From positions 192,001-256,000 of the IMG/VR virus record IMGVR_UViG_3300049988_000124: a stretch of 64,000 nucleotides of DNA; one strand, given 5' to 3'. Shown piece by piece: positions 9,514-19,779 of the stretch; within the stretch, counting starts at the first letter, position 1, and each line of letters begins with the position of its first letter. The notes beneath the pieces are model-generated. The model saw only the letters and a program-made list of their open reading frames with translations, had not been told where the DNA came from and did not search any database. This DNA is from a virus. Taxonomy: Duplodnaviria; Caudoviricetes. Position numbers and translations under genes: made by a program.

Positions 9514-10890
9514 CTACCGCATGCGACCGATGTTGTTGGTCGAGAACGCTTGCATAGCCGCCATGAACTCCTGAGGATTGAAATCCTTGGCGTTGGGACG
9601 GAAGTCAGAGTAGCTGGAATTCACCTCACCATCGAGACCATTGAAGTAAATGGTCACGCGCTGATGAAGCGGATCAACCACGACCAGGATCATGGTGTAC
9701 GTGTTACGGAAGTAACGACGGCGGTCATCAGGATTGTGAAGATCGATACCACTGTCGACCTTGGCCTGCATCAGCGTGTCCTCCGAGAAGATCATCACTG
9801 AGTTGGCAAGGTTCGATGACATCTTGGCGTTGAGGTTGTCACTAGCATCCGCCATGGCGTACTTGTTCTTCTTGGCAACAGTACGCAGGTAGTCGTTATA
9901 GACCTTGGCCTTAACCGGGTCTTTCATCATCGACTGAGCGCGGCGCGCCATGTCACGGTGAAGAAGGAAGTCGTGGAACCAGTGAAGTTCACCTGCCCGC
10001 ATCATCGTCCAACGCTGCCACACACTCTGGGGAACACCCATGTCGATGAAGCGAGGAGCAATGTTGTCAGGGATAACAGTGGGCTGCATCTGGATAAAGA
10101 TCGGCACCGTGATGGAGTTACCATTACCGTTCGGGTTGGTCAGCTTGACCTCGAACAGTTCACCCATCGGACCGATACGACCCTCTGAGACCTTGACCGG
10201 CTTTACCGACTGGGTTGACCAGTTGGTGTCGTGCACCTTGCGGTGCTCGTCGATGAGCTTGACATCCTCGATTTCGTTCTTGAGCTTCTCGCGCTGGGCA
10301 GTGCGTTCTGCTCTAACGTCGATCGGTCGATTGGGACCATAGGTGGAATATGCTTCCAGTCCGAGCATTGACTCAATGGCGAGCTTCGACGCGGATGACT
10401 GGAACGAGTCACCGTGGAAGTTCTCCAGGAATGATTCCTGACCGATGCGGCGAGCAGCGATGTTACCAACGATGCTGGTGTGGCGATCATTGTGACCAGT
10501 CTGGACAACCGTCATGACGTCCTGGACGCTGCGGAAACCATCAACCATCTGACCGAGGTGAAGTGCCGACATCACCTGAGCGGCGTACCACTCGTGGAGC
10601 GACTTGGTCAGGTGAGGAAGAACCGGCTCAGCCAGGACACTCTCTTCCACGAACATGCGCGAGAGAATGTTGGTCTGACCCGTCAGTGAAGTGAGTGAGC
10701 CACCAGCTCGGTCGATGCGCGCAGCGAGCGCTCCATGATTGCGAAGCGAATTCGCAGCAATACCACCGACGGTATCGACAGCGAGCCTGGCTACCTTACC
10801 AGCGTGAGTGGCAACACCCTGATTGGAGAGAATTTCTGCGGCTTTGTCGACGACGCCGATCGTCGTGCTAAGCCCTTTTGCGATAGTCAT
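9514..10890 (-). CDS. phiKZ-like virion structural (head/inner body, gp89-like) protein
   Basis: 'WTMMRAGELHWFHDFL' and 'VVVDPLHQRVTIYFNG' motifs recalled from this family; divergent from the baseplate genes, as in phiKZ-like genomes. Confidence 0.6.
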   Translation of the reverse strand: MTIAKGLSTTIGVVDKAAEILSNQGVATHAGKVARLAVDTVGGIAANSLRNHGALAARIDRAGGSLTSLTGQTNILSRMFVEESVLAEPVLPHLTKSLHEWYAAQVMSALHLGQMVDGFRSVQDVMTVVQTGHNDRHTSIVGNIAARRIGQESFLENFHGDSFQSSASKLAIESMLGLEAYSTYGPNRPIDVRAERTAQREKLKNEIEDVKLIDEHRKVHDTNWSTQSVKPVKVSEGRIGPMGELFEVKLTNPNGNGNSITVPIFIQMQPTVIPDNIAPRFIDMGVPQSVWQRWTMMRAGELHWFHDFLLHRDMARRAQSMMKDPVKAKVYNDYLRTVAKKNKYAMADASDNLNAKMSSNLANSVMIFSEDTLMQAKVDSGIDLHNPDDRRRYFRNTYTMILVVVDPLHQRVTIYFNGLDGEVNSSYSDFRPNAKDFNPQEFMAAMQAFSTNNIGRMR

Positions 10891-11065
10891 TGTTGCACCT
10901 TATGCGTGAGCTTGTTTGTGGGCTAAATGTCTCCTCTCGCAGGGGGGTGCGATAGGGAATTCATACTATTTCATTATTTTGTTCCTTTTAGCCTAGTAGC
11001 ACCTAAATAAATGAGAGACTAAAAGAAAGATCGTATGATTTCCATTCTAACTTACTAGGTGCTAT

Positions 11066-12226
11066 ATGGCCGAGGGTTTTCAAGAAGCAGCGGTGAACCA
11101 GCCGAATGCTAACACCGCAATTGTTACCGACGACATTAGACAAAAGCTACTCAACGCTGTCACTGAGCAGCTGTCGATCGGTGTGGGTCGTGGTAGCTCG
11201 GCAAACAACCGTGAGACTCTCCTGACCCAGCATGACCGCTTTGGTCAGTCTGCTATTCAGATCAACTCGGAGAATGTGGGTCTCACCTTCTTCACCAAGC
11301 CGCGTCTTAACATGCACCAGATGTCAATTCGCCAGGACCCAACACTGGCGCTGCTCGACACCCTTGATCCTGAGAACTGGATGTTTGCCCTGCGGTGTAA
11401 TCTCGACACCGTCTTTGCCAAGAGTCCGATTGCCAGGGACATTGCATCGCTCTGCCCATGGTTCAACGACACCAGTGCCTTTAACATTCCCTTGAGCAAC
11501 ATGCTCAGCGGTATCAGTGGTTGGCCTGACTTCTCGGTGGAATATGAGACAACCGAGAGCGGTACCTTCTCCGAAGACATGACGCTGGTGCGCGGGTCTG
11601 ATCATGGTCGTCGTACCTACGACTTGTCCTGCACCTTCCGCGATATCCAAGGTGGCTTCTTGATGTCGTACTTCTACTACTGGATCCTTGCCATGGCACT
11701 CCAGATGGAAGGGTCGATCGTCGCCTATCCAGAGGACCGCGCAGCGAACCGGTTGAACTACACGATCTCGATCTACCGCTTCGTCATGGATCCCTCCATG
11801 CGCACGATCACCAAATGGGCCAAGGCTACTGGTTGCTATCCGGTGAACATCCCCATCGGTGACGTCTTTAACTACGGGCCAGGTGACTCATTCGTTCACA
11901 CCTCCCAGCAGTTCACCATTCCCTTCAAAGCCAACATCATCAAGTACATGGATCCGCGTGACCTGGCTGATTTCAACACACTGGTTGCCCGTTACGGTTG
12001 GCAAAATGAGAAAGAGCGCTTGTCGCGCGTCAAGACTGAAGTCAAGGCCGGGCACAACTTTGCCGGTCTTCCGTGGATCGATCTCGTCAATGGTACCAAT
12101 GAGCTGAGCTTCTTGGCCTTGAAGGAAGAGGTCCAGGACGTTAACAAGGATCTCATCGAGAAGATCCGTGCGCAGATCACCGCGCAGACCCCGACCACGC
12201 CTGCCATCGCAGCGCCTGCGACGTAA
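11066..12226 (+). CDS. phiKZ-like virion protein (tail-tube-fold / baseplate, gp88-like)
   Basis: 'FFTKPRLNM', 'LSGISGWPD', 'FRDIQGG' motifs; directly upstream of a large baseplate gene. Confidence 0.6.
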   Translation: MAEGFQEAAVNQPNANTAIVTDDIRQKLLNAVTEQLSIGVGRGSSANNRETLLTQHDRFGQSAIQINSENVGLTFFTKPRLNMHQMSIRQDPTLALLDTLDPENWMFALRCNLDTVFAKSPIARDIASLCPWFNDTSAFNIPLSNMLSGISGWPDFSVEYETTESGTFSEDMTLVRGSDHGRRTYDLSCTFRDIQGGFLMSYFYYWILAMALQMEGSIVAYPEDRAANRLNYTISIYRFVMDPSMRTITKWAKATGCYPVNIPIGDVFNYGPGDSFVHTSQQFTIPFKANIIKYMDPRDLADFNTLVARYGWQNEKERLSRVKTEVKAGHNFAGLPWIDLVNGTNELSFLALKEEVQDVNKDLIEKIRAQITAQTPTTPAIAAPAT

Positions 12227-12255
12227 GAGATAAGTCCTAGTTTTCACAAGGATTA

Positions 12256-15200
12256 ATGTTCATGTTTGATTCCACGAGCTTTACCCAGGACATGTTGTCC
12301 AACCCCAATAAGCTGACCAAGGTAGTAGTCGATGCCATGGAGCGGTCTGATGCGACCGGTCAGGTCCTTATCAGTGATCCCAATAACGGCTTCGTGATCC
12401 AGCTCTCTGCTTTTCTTGCTGTTCAGGCAAAGATGTCAGAGAAGATCGACAACACCGTGAGTTACATGTTTCCGCAGCGTGCCAGGAACGCAGAGCAGCT
12501 CTACGTCCATCTGTCGGAGTTTGAGTATCACAAGCTGATGGCCTCGCCCGCCACGCTTCCTTTCGCCTTTGCGATGGACGCTGACTGGATCCGGGCTAAC
12601 GGCGTCTACTACGACACCAACTACAACCGACTGGTAATCCCATCAACGAGTTACATTACGATGGGCGGCGTCGTCTACTCGATGTACCATGACATCGAGA
12701 TTCTGATCAACCGCAATACAGGTGCGATCACTGCGTACTACGATGGTAGCTCAACCAATACTCTGAATCAGCTCGCCAGCAACATGCTGATCGATGTGCA
12801 GGAATTTGCTCGTGATGGCCTTAACTGGTTCCAGATCGAGTTCAACATGTATCAGTTCGAGCGGCAGATCTTGTCCTACACGGTTGCTCGTGAACAGGGC
12901 TTTGATAAGACCATCTCGTTTGAGGATCAGTTCTACGCTGCCAAGGTCTTTAACAAAGCACCAGGGGGTGAGTGGACCGAGCTTGCCTACAGTCTCTCCA
13001 AGCAGTTCTACGATCCCAAGAAGCCAACGGCTGTTATTCAGCTGCTGACTGATACTTCTGAGATCAAGATCAAGATTCCTCAGGTTTATTTCGACAACAA
13101 TCAGATCTCCCAGAACATCCGGGTGGAACTCTATACCACCAAGGGTAAGGTCAACTACAGCATCTCAGCGGCTGACGTGAATGATCGTCAGGCTAACTTT
13201 GATACCAGTTCCTCTTCCTTCGCTGCTCCCTTTGAGCAGATGCCAACGTGGCGGATCTTCCCGACAGCCATCGAGGTCGCTGGTGGATCAGACGTATCTC
13301 CCTACGAGGAAGTGCGCGACGCGATCGTTAACCAGCAGCTCTCTGACCGAGTGGCGGTGACACAGAATGAGATCACCAAGAAGGGTAAACACAACGGCTT
13401 TGACCTGACGCGCCTGAAGGATGATCTGACCGAGCGTATCTACTTGGCGTCGAACGTTCTGGTGGACAGCACCAACATGATCATTCCAACCTTTACCGGT
13501 GGGATCCTGATCAAGGACGAGGCGCTGGAAGGTAACCCTTCCACCATCATCAACCACACTGATGGTTATTACACGATTCTTCCCACGACGACCTTCAAGA
13601 TCGCCGACAATGGAAATACGTGTATCCCGATGACGGACGGTGATGTTACCGCAATGGCGGGCATGACCAAGCAGCAGTTGGTCAATGAGCTGAACAGTGG
13701 AAATTACGTGCGCCAACCGTTCCACGTAACGCTTCAGACCAATCCCAAGTCACCTCAGACGCTGATCTACAATCTCCTTGATCCGCAGATGAAGTCACTG
13801 GCGTTCATTGCAGAGAATCCCAACTCTGCTCCCCAGATGTCGGTCACGGCATGTAATGTTACACATCTCGATAATGGAACAGGTGGATACCGAGTAACGC
13901 TCGGGATTACGCGATCGTCCAACATTGAGAGTGAGGATGTCTCGAACTTCCGGGTGATCTTCTCATGTCCCAACAAGGGTGGCGAGTACGTCTACCTGCC
14001 AGCCACCTACGTCTCAACGACGCCGGAAGGCTTGGATGTCTGGGAAGTGATGCTGCGCACTAACTACCATCTGACGAGCGATGATTATCTCACGGTTGAG
14101 ATGTTCGACAGTAACGATCTTCTCTCAGGGGTTGAGGTGTCGATCAATCAGACCTTCTCGATCACGACTGCTTTTGTTGGTTCCTTTGAGCCGACCATTC
14201 CGATCGACGTTAGCTTGAACAGTTTCATACCTGACTCGGTGCGAGATCAGTTGGTCGCGATGGCACGTCAGACCATGAAGCTGCAGCTCGGCCAGAACCT
14301 CTCCTCGCAGATCTTCTGTGCGGTGAATACGAGCTGGGGCAATGATGTCTACAAGACAGCCGATGAGACGGTCTACTACAAGAACAGCCACCCGATCTAT
14401 CAGACCACTCCTGATACCGGCGTGGTGAACACGCGTACCAATGCAGCAGGCACCAAGCCTGAGGTGGTCTTGATCTATCCGATCGATTCTACCCCGTCCG
14501 ATCTGGCGGACTTGGTTATTGGTGTTACCGAGGATGTGCTTCCCTCAGCTGGTTCCACGACTACCTACAAGATCGCCAGCACCAAGGGTCTCCTGGTTGG
14601 AATGAAGGCGCGTGGTACCAATGTTCCAGCGGGTTCGGTAATCTTCTCAGTTGGCCCGAACACGGTTACCCTGAACAAGAAGATCACCAAGGTCGTCACC
14701 AAGGGAACAGCGATCACCTTTACCAATCCTTCGCCCGTTCTGTCGGTGAGTACAGCGCAGTCGACTGCGGGAACACAGGTGAAGGTGGCTAGTACGGCAG
14801 ACCTGCTGATTGGTCAGTCCGTCTACGGCTTTGACATTCCAACTGGAGCCAAGGTCAAGACGATTGATAGTGGTACGCAGTTCACGCTTACGGTGGCAAC
14901 GACCAAGGCGCTTGCCAAGGATACGCTGATCACGGTCATCAACACCACGGCTCCCGGCGTCGTCAAGATTGCTCCGGGTGACATTGTTACTGATGCCTCG
15001 GGTAAAGCGATCGTGGTCAAGAGTGCGCAGAACCAGTATCTGATTCCATCGATCCTCTTCGATGGTCGCCTCTTTGCCTCTGAAGATCCGATCGACCAGG
15101 AGATCATCACCACGATTGCTGGACGCTTGAACAACTTTGCCAATCAAGTCTCCACGATTGATGCAGGTCTCATTGAGGATGCAGACGTTTACTACAAGCC

Positions 15201-15636
15201 TGCGCGCTCCATGGGGTCAGCAGACTTTGGTGTCGGTGGTAAAGAGATCCGCAACATGTCACTGGGTCTGGGCTTTAGTGTCCTTATCTACGTGGATGCG
15301 GCAGTCTACAACACGCAGACGCTTCTAAACACGATGGAGGCAACGGTGAGGGATATCATCAATGCTGAGATCCAGAAGCCAACGATCTCTGTCTCTGCGA
15401 TCACCGAAACCATCCGGAGTCGCTTGGGCACCAATGCTGCGGCTGTTGAGATGGGACCCATCTCAGGCGTGGACGGGCTGAGGCTTATCTCAATTAACCA
15501 GGCCAACATTACGCCTAGCATCGAGAACAAGTTGATCGTGGAATCAGATGGAAACATCAAGCGTGTTCCCAACATCACGGTTACCTACCTACCAAAGCCT
15601 GATACGGCCGAGATGGTAGCAAAGACTACACTCTGA
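12256..15636 (+). CDS. Baseplate wedge-like virion protein (phiKZ gp87-like)
   Basis: 1126 aa; 'SDPNNGF', 'AGGSD...YEEVRDAI...RVAVT' resemble baseplate J/wedge motifs. Confidence 0.65.
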   Translation: MFMFDSTSFTQDMLSNPNKLTKVVVDAMERSDATGQVLISDPNNGFVIQLSAFLAVQAKMSEKIDNTVSYMFPQRARNAEQLYVHLSEFEYHKLMASPATLPFAFAMDADWIRANGVYYDTNYNRLVIPSTSYITMGGVVYSMYHDIEILINRNTGAITAYYDGSSTNTLNQLASNMLIDVQEFARDGLNWFQIEFNMYQFERQILSYTVAREQGFDKTISFEDQFYAAKVFNKAPGGEWTELAYSLSKQFYDPKKPTAVIQLLTDTSEIKIKIPQVYFDNNQISQNIRVELYTTKGKVNYSISAADVNDRQANFDTSSSSFAAPFEQMPTWRIFPTAIEVAGGSDVSPYEEVRDAIVNQQLSDRVAVTQNEITKKGKHNGFDLTRLKDDLTERIYLASNVLVDSTNMIIPTFTGGILIKDEALEGNPSTIINHTDGYYTILPTTTFKIADNGNTCIPMTDGDVTAMAGMTKQQLVNELNSGNYVRQPFHVTLQTNPKSPQTLIYNLLDPQMKSLAFIAENPNSAPQMSVTACNVTHLDNGTGGYRVTLGITRSSNIESEDVSNFRVIFSCPNKGGEYVYLPATYVSTTPEGLDVWEVMLRTNYHLTSDDYLTVEMFDSNDLLSGVEVSINQTFSITTAFVGSFEPTIPIDVSLNSFIPDSVRDQLVAMARQTMKLQLGQNLSSQIFCAVNTSWGNDVYKTADETVYYKNSHPIYQTTPDTGVVNTRTNAAGTKPEVVLIYPIDSTPSDLADLVIGVTEDVLPSAGSTTTYKIASTKGLLVGMKARGTNVPAGSVIFSVGPNTVTLNKKITKVVTKGTAITFTNPSPVLSVSTAQSTAGTQVKVASTADLLIGQSVYGFDIPTGAKVKTIDSGTQFTLTVATTKALAKDTLITVINTTAPGVVKIAPGDIVTDASGKAIVVKSAQNQYLIPSILFDGRLFASEDPIDQEIITTIAGRLNNFANQVSTIDAGLIEDADVYYKPARSMGSADFGVGGKEIRNMSLGLGFSVLIYVDAAVYNTQTLLNTMEATVRDIINAEIQKPTISVSAITETIRSRLGTNAAAVEMGPISGVDGLRLISINQANITPSIENKLIVESDGNIKRVPNITVTYLPKPDTAEMVAKTTL

Positions 15637-15650
15637 TAAACATGAAGGTG

Positions 15651-15682
15651 ATAAGAGGGAGGGCATTAGCCCTCCCTCTTAT
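15651..15682. terminator. Bidirectional hairpin between convergent genes
   Basis: ataagagggagggc-atta-gccctccctcttat; the 30-nt core is identical to 61296..61325. Confidence 0.8.
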
Positions 15683-15685
15683 CGA

Positions 15686-17308
15686 TTAGGCGTGCGACAG
15701 ATCAGCTGCCGTGATGTAGTTGAAAGCGTCACCAATCGCGAGCGATGCAACCGTGGCGGCACGAGCGTGCTGCGAGAACTCGCTCTCCGCATTCAGGTGG
15801 TTCACGAACACGTCCGTGGCCTTCTGGACGAAGCTGTCACCGCTGGCCTGAGCCAGCATGGAGATCAGTTCCTGATCCATCCGGATCTCGCTCTTACCAT
15901 TCGTCAGTTCCTGTGAGAACTTGCTGATGGTCTGGTTGAGCGCCAGCGGAATGGTATCGACGTTGCGTGCACTCAGGACAGACTGCACAGCATCACGCGT
16001 GATGCGACCAGCTTCCTGACGGATGACGGCTGCGTCATTATCGCGCAGGCGCTGGAGACGATTGCTATCCTCGGCCATGACCTGGGGAATAACATTCTCC
16101 CGGCGATCCAGAACGTACTGGAGCGACCAACCATTGGCCGAGGCAGGCATACCTGCACGCGGATCGAGATGGAGACCAAACTGCACCAGCTCTGCATCCG
16201 TACCACTGGATGCACGGTAGTTAGCGATGTTGTCCGCGTTCACGAACACGTCGACCTTGGGATCTGCGCCCTCAGCGGCCACACCCATGATAAGCGTGCT
16301 AGCAAAGCGCGTCTCGCGCATCGCCTCGTAGCCGACCAGCGACATGGTCACGGCCTCGACGGCCTGGCTGATCCGCTCCACGGTCTGATCGCTGATCGCC
16401 ATGTCGTCCTGGCGAACCTGCGTGGCAGCCTGAAGATGCTCCAGGAGTTTCATCACCGTGCTCATGTCAGCGACGTTCGCCATCATGGCCTTGGGATCGT
16501 TGCGGCTCTTGTCCCAGTGGTTAATGTGCTGGCGCTGCTGGCCCGAGGAGAACAAGAAGCTATTGAGCTGCGCTTCAGTGAACGAACCCAGGAGCTGCGA
16601 CACTTCACCCTCGGGAGCCTGGCCCAGGAGGAAGGTGATCTCGGCCTGGGCATTCAGACGAGCCGACTCATCGAGCGTCTTGAACGAGGCTGCCTGATGG
16701 GCAAAGTTGAACGCCTGGTTCGCCCAACCAACGGTCGGAACGTGATCGGCCTTGAAGATACCAGCACGGTCATTGGCGCGGTTGAGCGCCGCGTTCAGCC
16801 ACATGCCGTCGTTCAGGATTCCCCAGCTAAAGAGGTTGAACGAACCACCGGTCTCGGTGTTCGACGAGCGAGCCTGGGCTGCCTGCTGGATGAGACGAGC
16901 TGTCGTATCAGCGTTCTTGCCGATCGTGCCGATCACCGTCTGGTCCACCGTGGTACGGTAGAGGTCAGCGGAACCGTAGGTGATGTTCGAGAGCTCGGCG
17001 TGATGGATCGAGGGAAGCGCTGAGACCTGGTCCCAGACATCGCGCGATTCTGCGTTCTCGATGTTGTTCTCGACGGCGAACTGAGCGCACTCGTAGAGGA
17101 AGCGACCAACCGTCGAGGTATTACCGATCGACAGTGATTCGGTCGCGATCTTGGTGGAGACCTCGGTCTCGATGAGAGACGTCAAAACATCCTGGGGGAT
17201 GGAGTGTGAGCCACGCAGGTGACCCATGACGTTGACAGCGAAATCCTTGATGAAGAACTGAGCGTACGTGTTCGCCAGCTCCAGAATCGGATCAATCTTG
17301 CGGTTCAT
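15686..17308 (-). CDS. Hypothetical (probable virion) protein
   Basis: 540 aa ORF inside the structural block, with strongly biased codon usage. Confidence 0.7.
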   Translation of the reverse strand: MNRKIDPILELANTYAQFFIKDFAVNVMGHLRGSHSIPQDVLTSLIETEVSTKIATESLSIGNTSTVGRFLYECAQFAVENNIENAESRDVWDQVSALPSIHHAELSNITYGSADLYRTTVDQTVIGTIGKNADTTARLIQQAAQARSSNTETGGSFNLFSWGILNDGMWLNAALNRANDRAGIFKADHVPTVGWANQAFNFAHQAASFKTLDESARLNAQAEITFLLGQAPEGEVSQLLGSFTEAQLNSFLFSSGQQRQHINHWDKSRNDPKAMMANVADMSTVMKLLEHLQAATQVRQDDMAISDQTVERISQAVEAVTMSLVGYEAMRETRFASTLIMGVAAEGADPKVDVFVNADNIANYRASSGTDAELVQFGLHLDPRAGMPASANGWSLQYVLDRRENVIPQVMAEDSNRLQRLRDNDAAVIRQEAGRITRDAVQSVLSARNVDTIPLALNQTISKFSQELTNGKSEIRMDQELISMLAQASGDSFVQKATDVFVNHLNAESEFSQHARAATVASLAIGDAFNYITAADLSHA

Positions 17309-17365
17309 GAAGAAAATGCCTTGTGTGTGAAAAAATAGGGAGCCATAATATTTCGAAAACGACCA

Positions 17366-19387
17366 TTAACCTCTGGGTAGTCCTCGTCCACCGGACGTAA
17401 CTGTGGACACCATACGCGAGATCAACAAGCGTGATCCGCCCTCCATACCCATCATGAAGGGGCTGAGTTTGTTCTTGTAAATGGTGGACAAGAGGATCTG
17501 TGTCTTGCGACGAATTGACCGGAACGGAGCCAGTCGATCGCGCAGACCCATGCCCGACAAGGTCAGCATGTATTCACCAAAGTTATCGTCGGTCCCGAAC
17601 ACTCGAGCAGCGATACCACGGTCACCACCCATGCTCATGTACATGGCAGGCGTCAGATCCTTCAAGGTCACGTTCATGGTGAGCTTTAGAGGAAGACGAG
17701 CCATGTTAAAGCCGTACTGGTCAGCACCACGACTAACCTCGAGCGACTCGATCATGCAGAGAGGTGAGGAGAACATACCACGACAGTAAGCCTGACAGAT
17801 GAAAGGCGCTGAGTGTGATGCTTCACCGGTACCACGGGGCAGTGAGCCTGCCAAAATACATGCCAGGGGAACGTACTCGGACATGAAGATTGATTCAACA
17901 TCTCCGTACGGTGACAGACAGGTGATTGAGAATGATGCAGAGCGTGACCACGCACTACCCATCCAAACCTCAGGAATGTCTACCTTGGCAGCACCAGTAA
18001 GAGTAGCAGCCAGTGGATCGAGCTTGAAGGTATTCGACACACCAGCACCAACCGCCTTAATCGCGTTAACGAAGTCGGTCATCATGCCAGCGATACCGCC
18101 GCTACCAAAGTTACCACCCATCGAGTCGAACTGTACAGAGCGACCCTGCTGGAACTTCTCGTTGGCGAGCATTGCTACCTGAGACTCACCCGTCTGGTTA
18201 GAGAATGACTCAGTGGCACCCATGCCCTTGTCAATGCGGAAGCCAATAAAGAGGTGACCATCGTAGATCGCATCCTTATACGCGCCCTTGAATGCATCGA
18301 ACCAACCCATGTCCCAGAACTTGTCGAGTGGATTCTCTTCTGTGCCTTCTGATCCTGCGTTGTTGGTCTGGTTGGAATCAGGATTTGTTGATGTTTCAGG
18401 ATCGGGCTTGTCAGCGATGCCGTTACCATTGTTGGTGGTGCGCGCTGCCTCAAACATGGCGAAGTCAGTGTTGCGACGCTTCTGTGACTTGTCGGAACCA
18501 TGTTCGTAGAAGTAGCGCTTGGACATGATCTGTGCCATATCCAAACCATCCTTGAAGAGGTCCGGCATACCCGAGACGTCGTGGGTCGGCTTAGTGCCGT
18601 ACTTCAACTGCTCGAGAGGGGTGACGTCCGAAGTCTCAGAACCAGTTAGATTGATGTCATCATTCGACAACATCATGTTCATGTTGGTCGCCAGGTGTAC
18701 CAAGATCGTGTTGACGAAGCGGAAGTACATCGGCATCTGCGAAGAGAACGAATAGTATTTCGAGATCTTCACCGTACTGATTGTGTCAGTGATGGCCTTG
18801 ATGAACTTGAACGGAATAGTAGCGATCTTGATCAGAACGATTGGTGCTGCACCCAGGAGGTAGCCGATCTTCTGGGGCGTGATGTTGGAGCCTTTGTTAA
18901 TGAAGTTGGCCATGTCCCGGTCAACCGCGCTAGCCCAGAAGCTACCAACGTTACTGAAAACAGGAATGCCGAAACCTAGGTAGAGGATCTGCTGGGTGTC
19001 ATCGAAGTTCTCCGAGTAGATCCGTCCCATGCCAACACCAGTGCCTGCCTTGGTCTCGAAGTGGGGATGAACAATGTCATCATCGACCGAGAACTGGGGA
19101 AGTGGGTTGATGGCATCGTTACCACCAAGCGAGGTATCACGGCACTTACTGCGAGAGAAGTAATAAGGCAGGGGCTTGTTACCCTTGCCGCCCTCGTCGT
19201 CCAGATTCCCGCGAAGGATCTGATTCATCGCACTGTCGAATTCTTTCTGACCTTCATCGACCTTGACCGCTTGTGCGTACTGCATGATCTGCTGGTAGGT
19301 ACTGAACTGAGTACCAATGTTGACCATGAAACAACCACGAATGAAGTTGTCTGATGCTGGCCTTTGTACGTTCTTTAGGGTAATCAT
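17366..19387 (-). CDS. phiKZ-like virion / baseplate protein (gp84-like)
   Basis: 'GGNDAINPLPQF', 'SPYGD', 'RGMFS...MIESLEVSRG' motifs. Confidence 0.6.
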   Translation of the reverse strand: MITLKNVQRPASDNFIRGCFMVNIGTQFSTYQQIMQYAQAVKVDEGQKEFDSAMNQILRGNLDDEGGKGNKPLPYYFSRSKCRDTSLGGNDAINPLPQFSVDDDIVHPHFETKAGTGVGMGRIYSENFDDTQQILYLGFGIPVFSNVGSFWASAVDRDMANFINKGSNITPQKIGYLLGAAPIVLIKIATIPFKFIKAITDTISTVKISKYYSFSSQMPMYFRFVNTILVHLATNMNMMLSNDDINLTGSETSDVTPLEQLKYGTKPTHDVSGMPDLFKDGLDMAQIMSKRYFYEHGSDKSQKRRNTDFAMFEAARTTNNGNGIADKPDPETSTNPDSNQTNNAGSEGTEENPLDKFWDMGWFDAFKGAYKDAIYDGHLFIGFRIDKGMGATESFSNQTGESQVAMLANEKFQQGRSVQFDSMGGNFGSGGIAGMMTDFVNAIKAVGAGVSNTFKLDPLAATLTGAAKVDIPEVWMGSAWSRSASFSITCLSPYGDVESIFMSEYVPLACILAGSLPRGTGEASHSAPFICQAYCRGMFSSPLCMIESLEVSRGADQYGFNMARLPLKLTMNVTLKDLTPAMYMSMGGDRGIAARVFGTDDNFGEYMLTLSGMGLRDRLAPFRSIRRKTQILLSTIYKNKLSPFMMGMEGGSRLLISRMVSTVTSGGRGLPRG

Positions 19388-19459
19388 AACGGGTCACTTC
19401 CTACTACGAGGAGTTTATACTGGTTCACACATTATTGTCACCCTTTACCCATCGGTGCT

Positions 19460-19741
19460 ATGGTACAAGAAAGGAAAGTGGTAATGAATGATAAGAAATT
19501 GATCAAAGGTGAAACATACGTCAACGGATTTGGTGAAATTATTGCGGTCGATACCGTTATCAAATTAGCCCCTATGAACGCTGATAAAACTCCTGCAGTT
19601 GAGGAGACTTTGTTCGTAGGTCACACAGGGACCATCTACTACGCCGACGGGGTCACTTTCCAAATCGATGAGATTCTTATCGACAAGAATGATCGCGCCA
19701 AGGATAGCGCACACAATTTGATCTACCAAGTTGTTAAGTGA
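19460..19741 (+). CDS. Small hypothetical protein
   Basis: Fills the gap between minus-strand genes and ends at a hairpin; the true start may be the later MNDKK, which has a GGAAAG upstream. Confidence 0.55.
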   Translation: MVQERKVVMNDKKLIKGETYVNGFGEIIAVDTVIKLAPMNADKTPAVEETLFVGHTGTIYYADGVTFQIDEILIDKNDRAKDSAHNLIYQVVK

Positions 19742-19771
19742 TAGAGAGGAGGGCTCGAGCCCTCCTCTCTA
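19742..19771. terminator. Bidirectional hairpin
   Basis: tagagaggagggc-tcga-gccctcctctcta. Confidence 0.8.
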
Positions 19772-19779
19772 CCTTTAGG

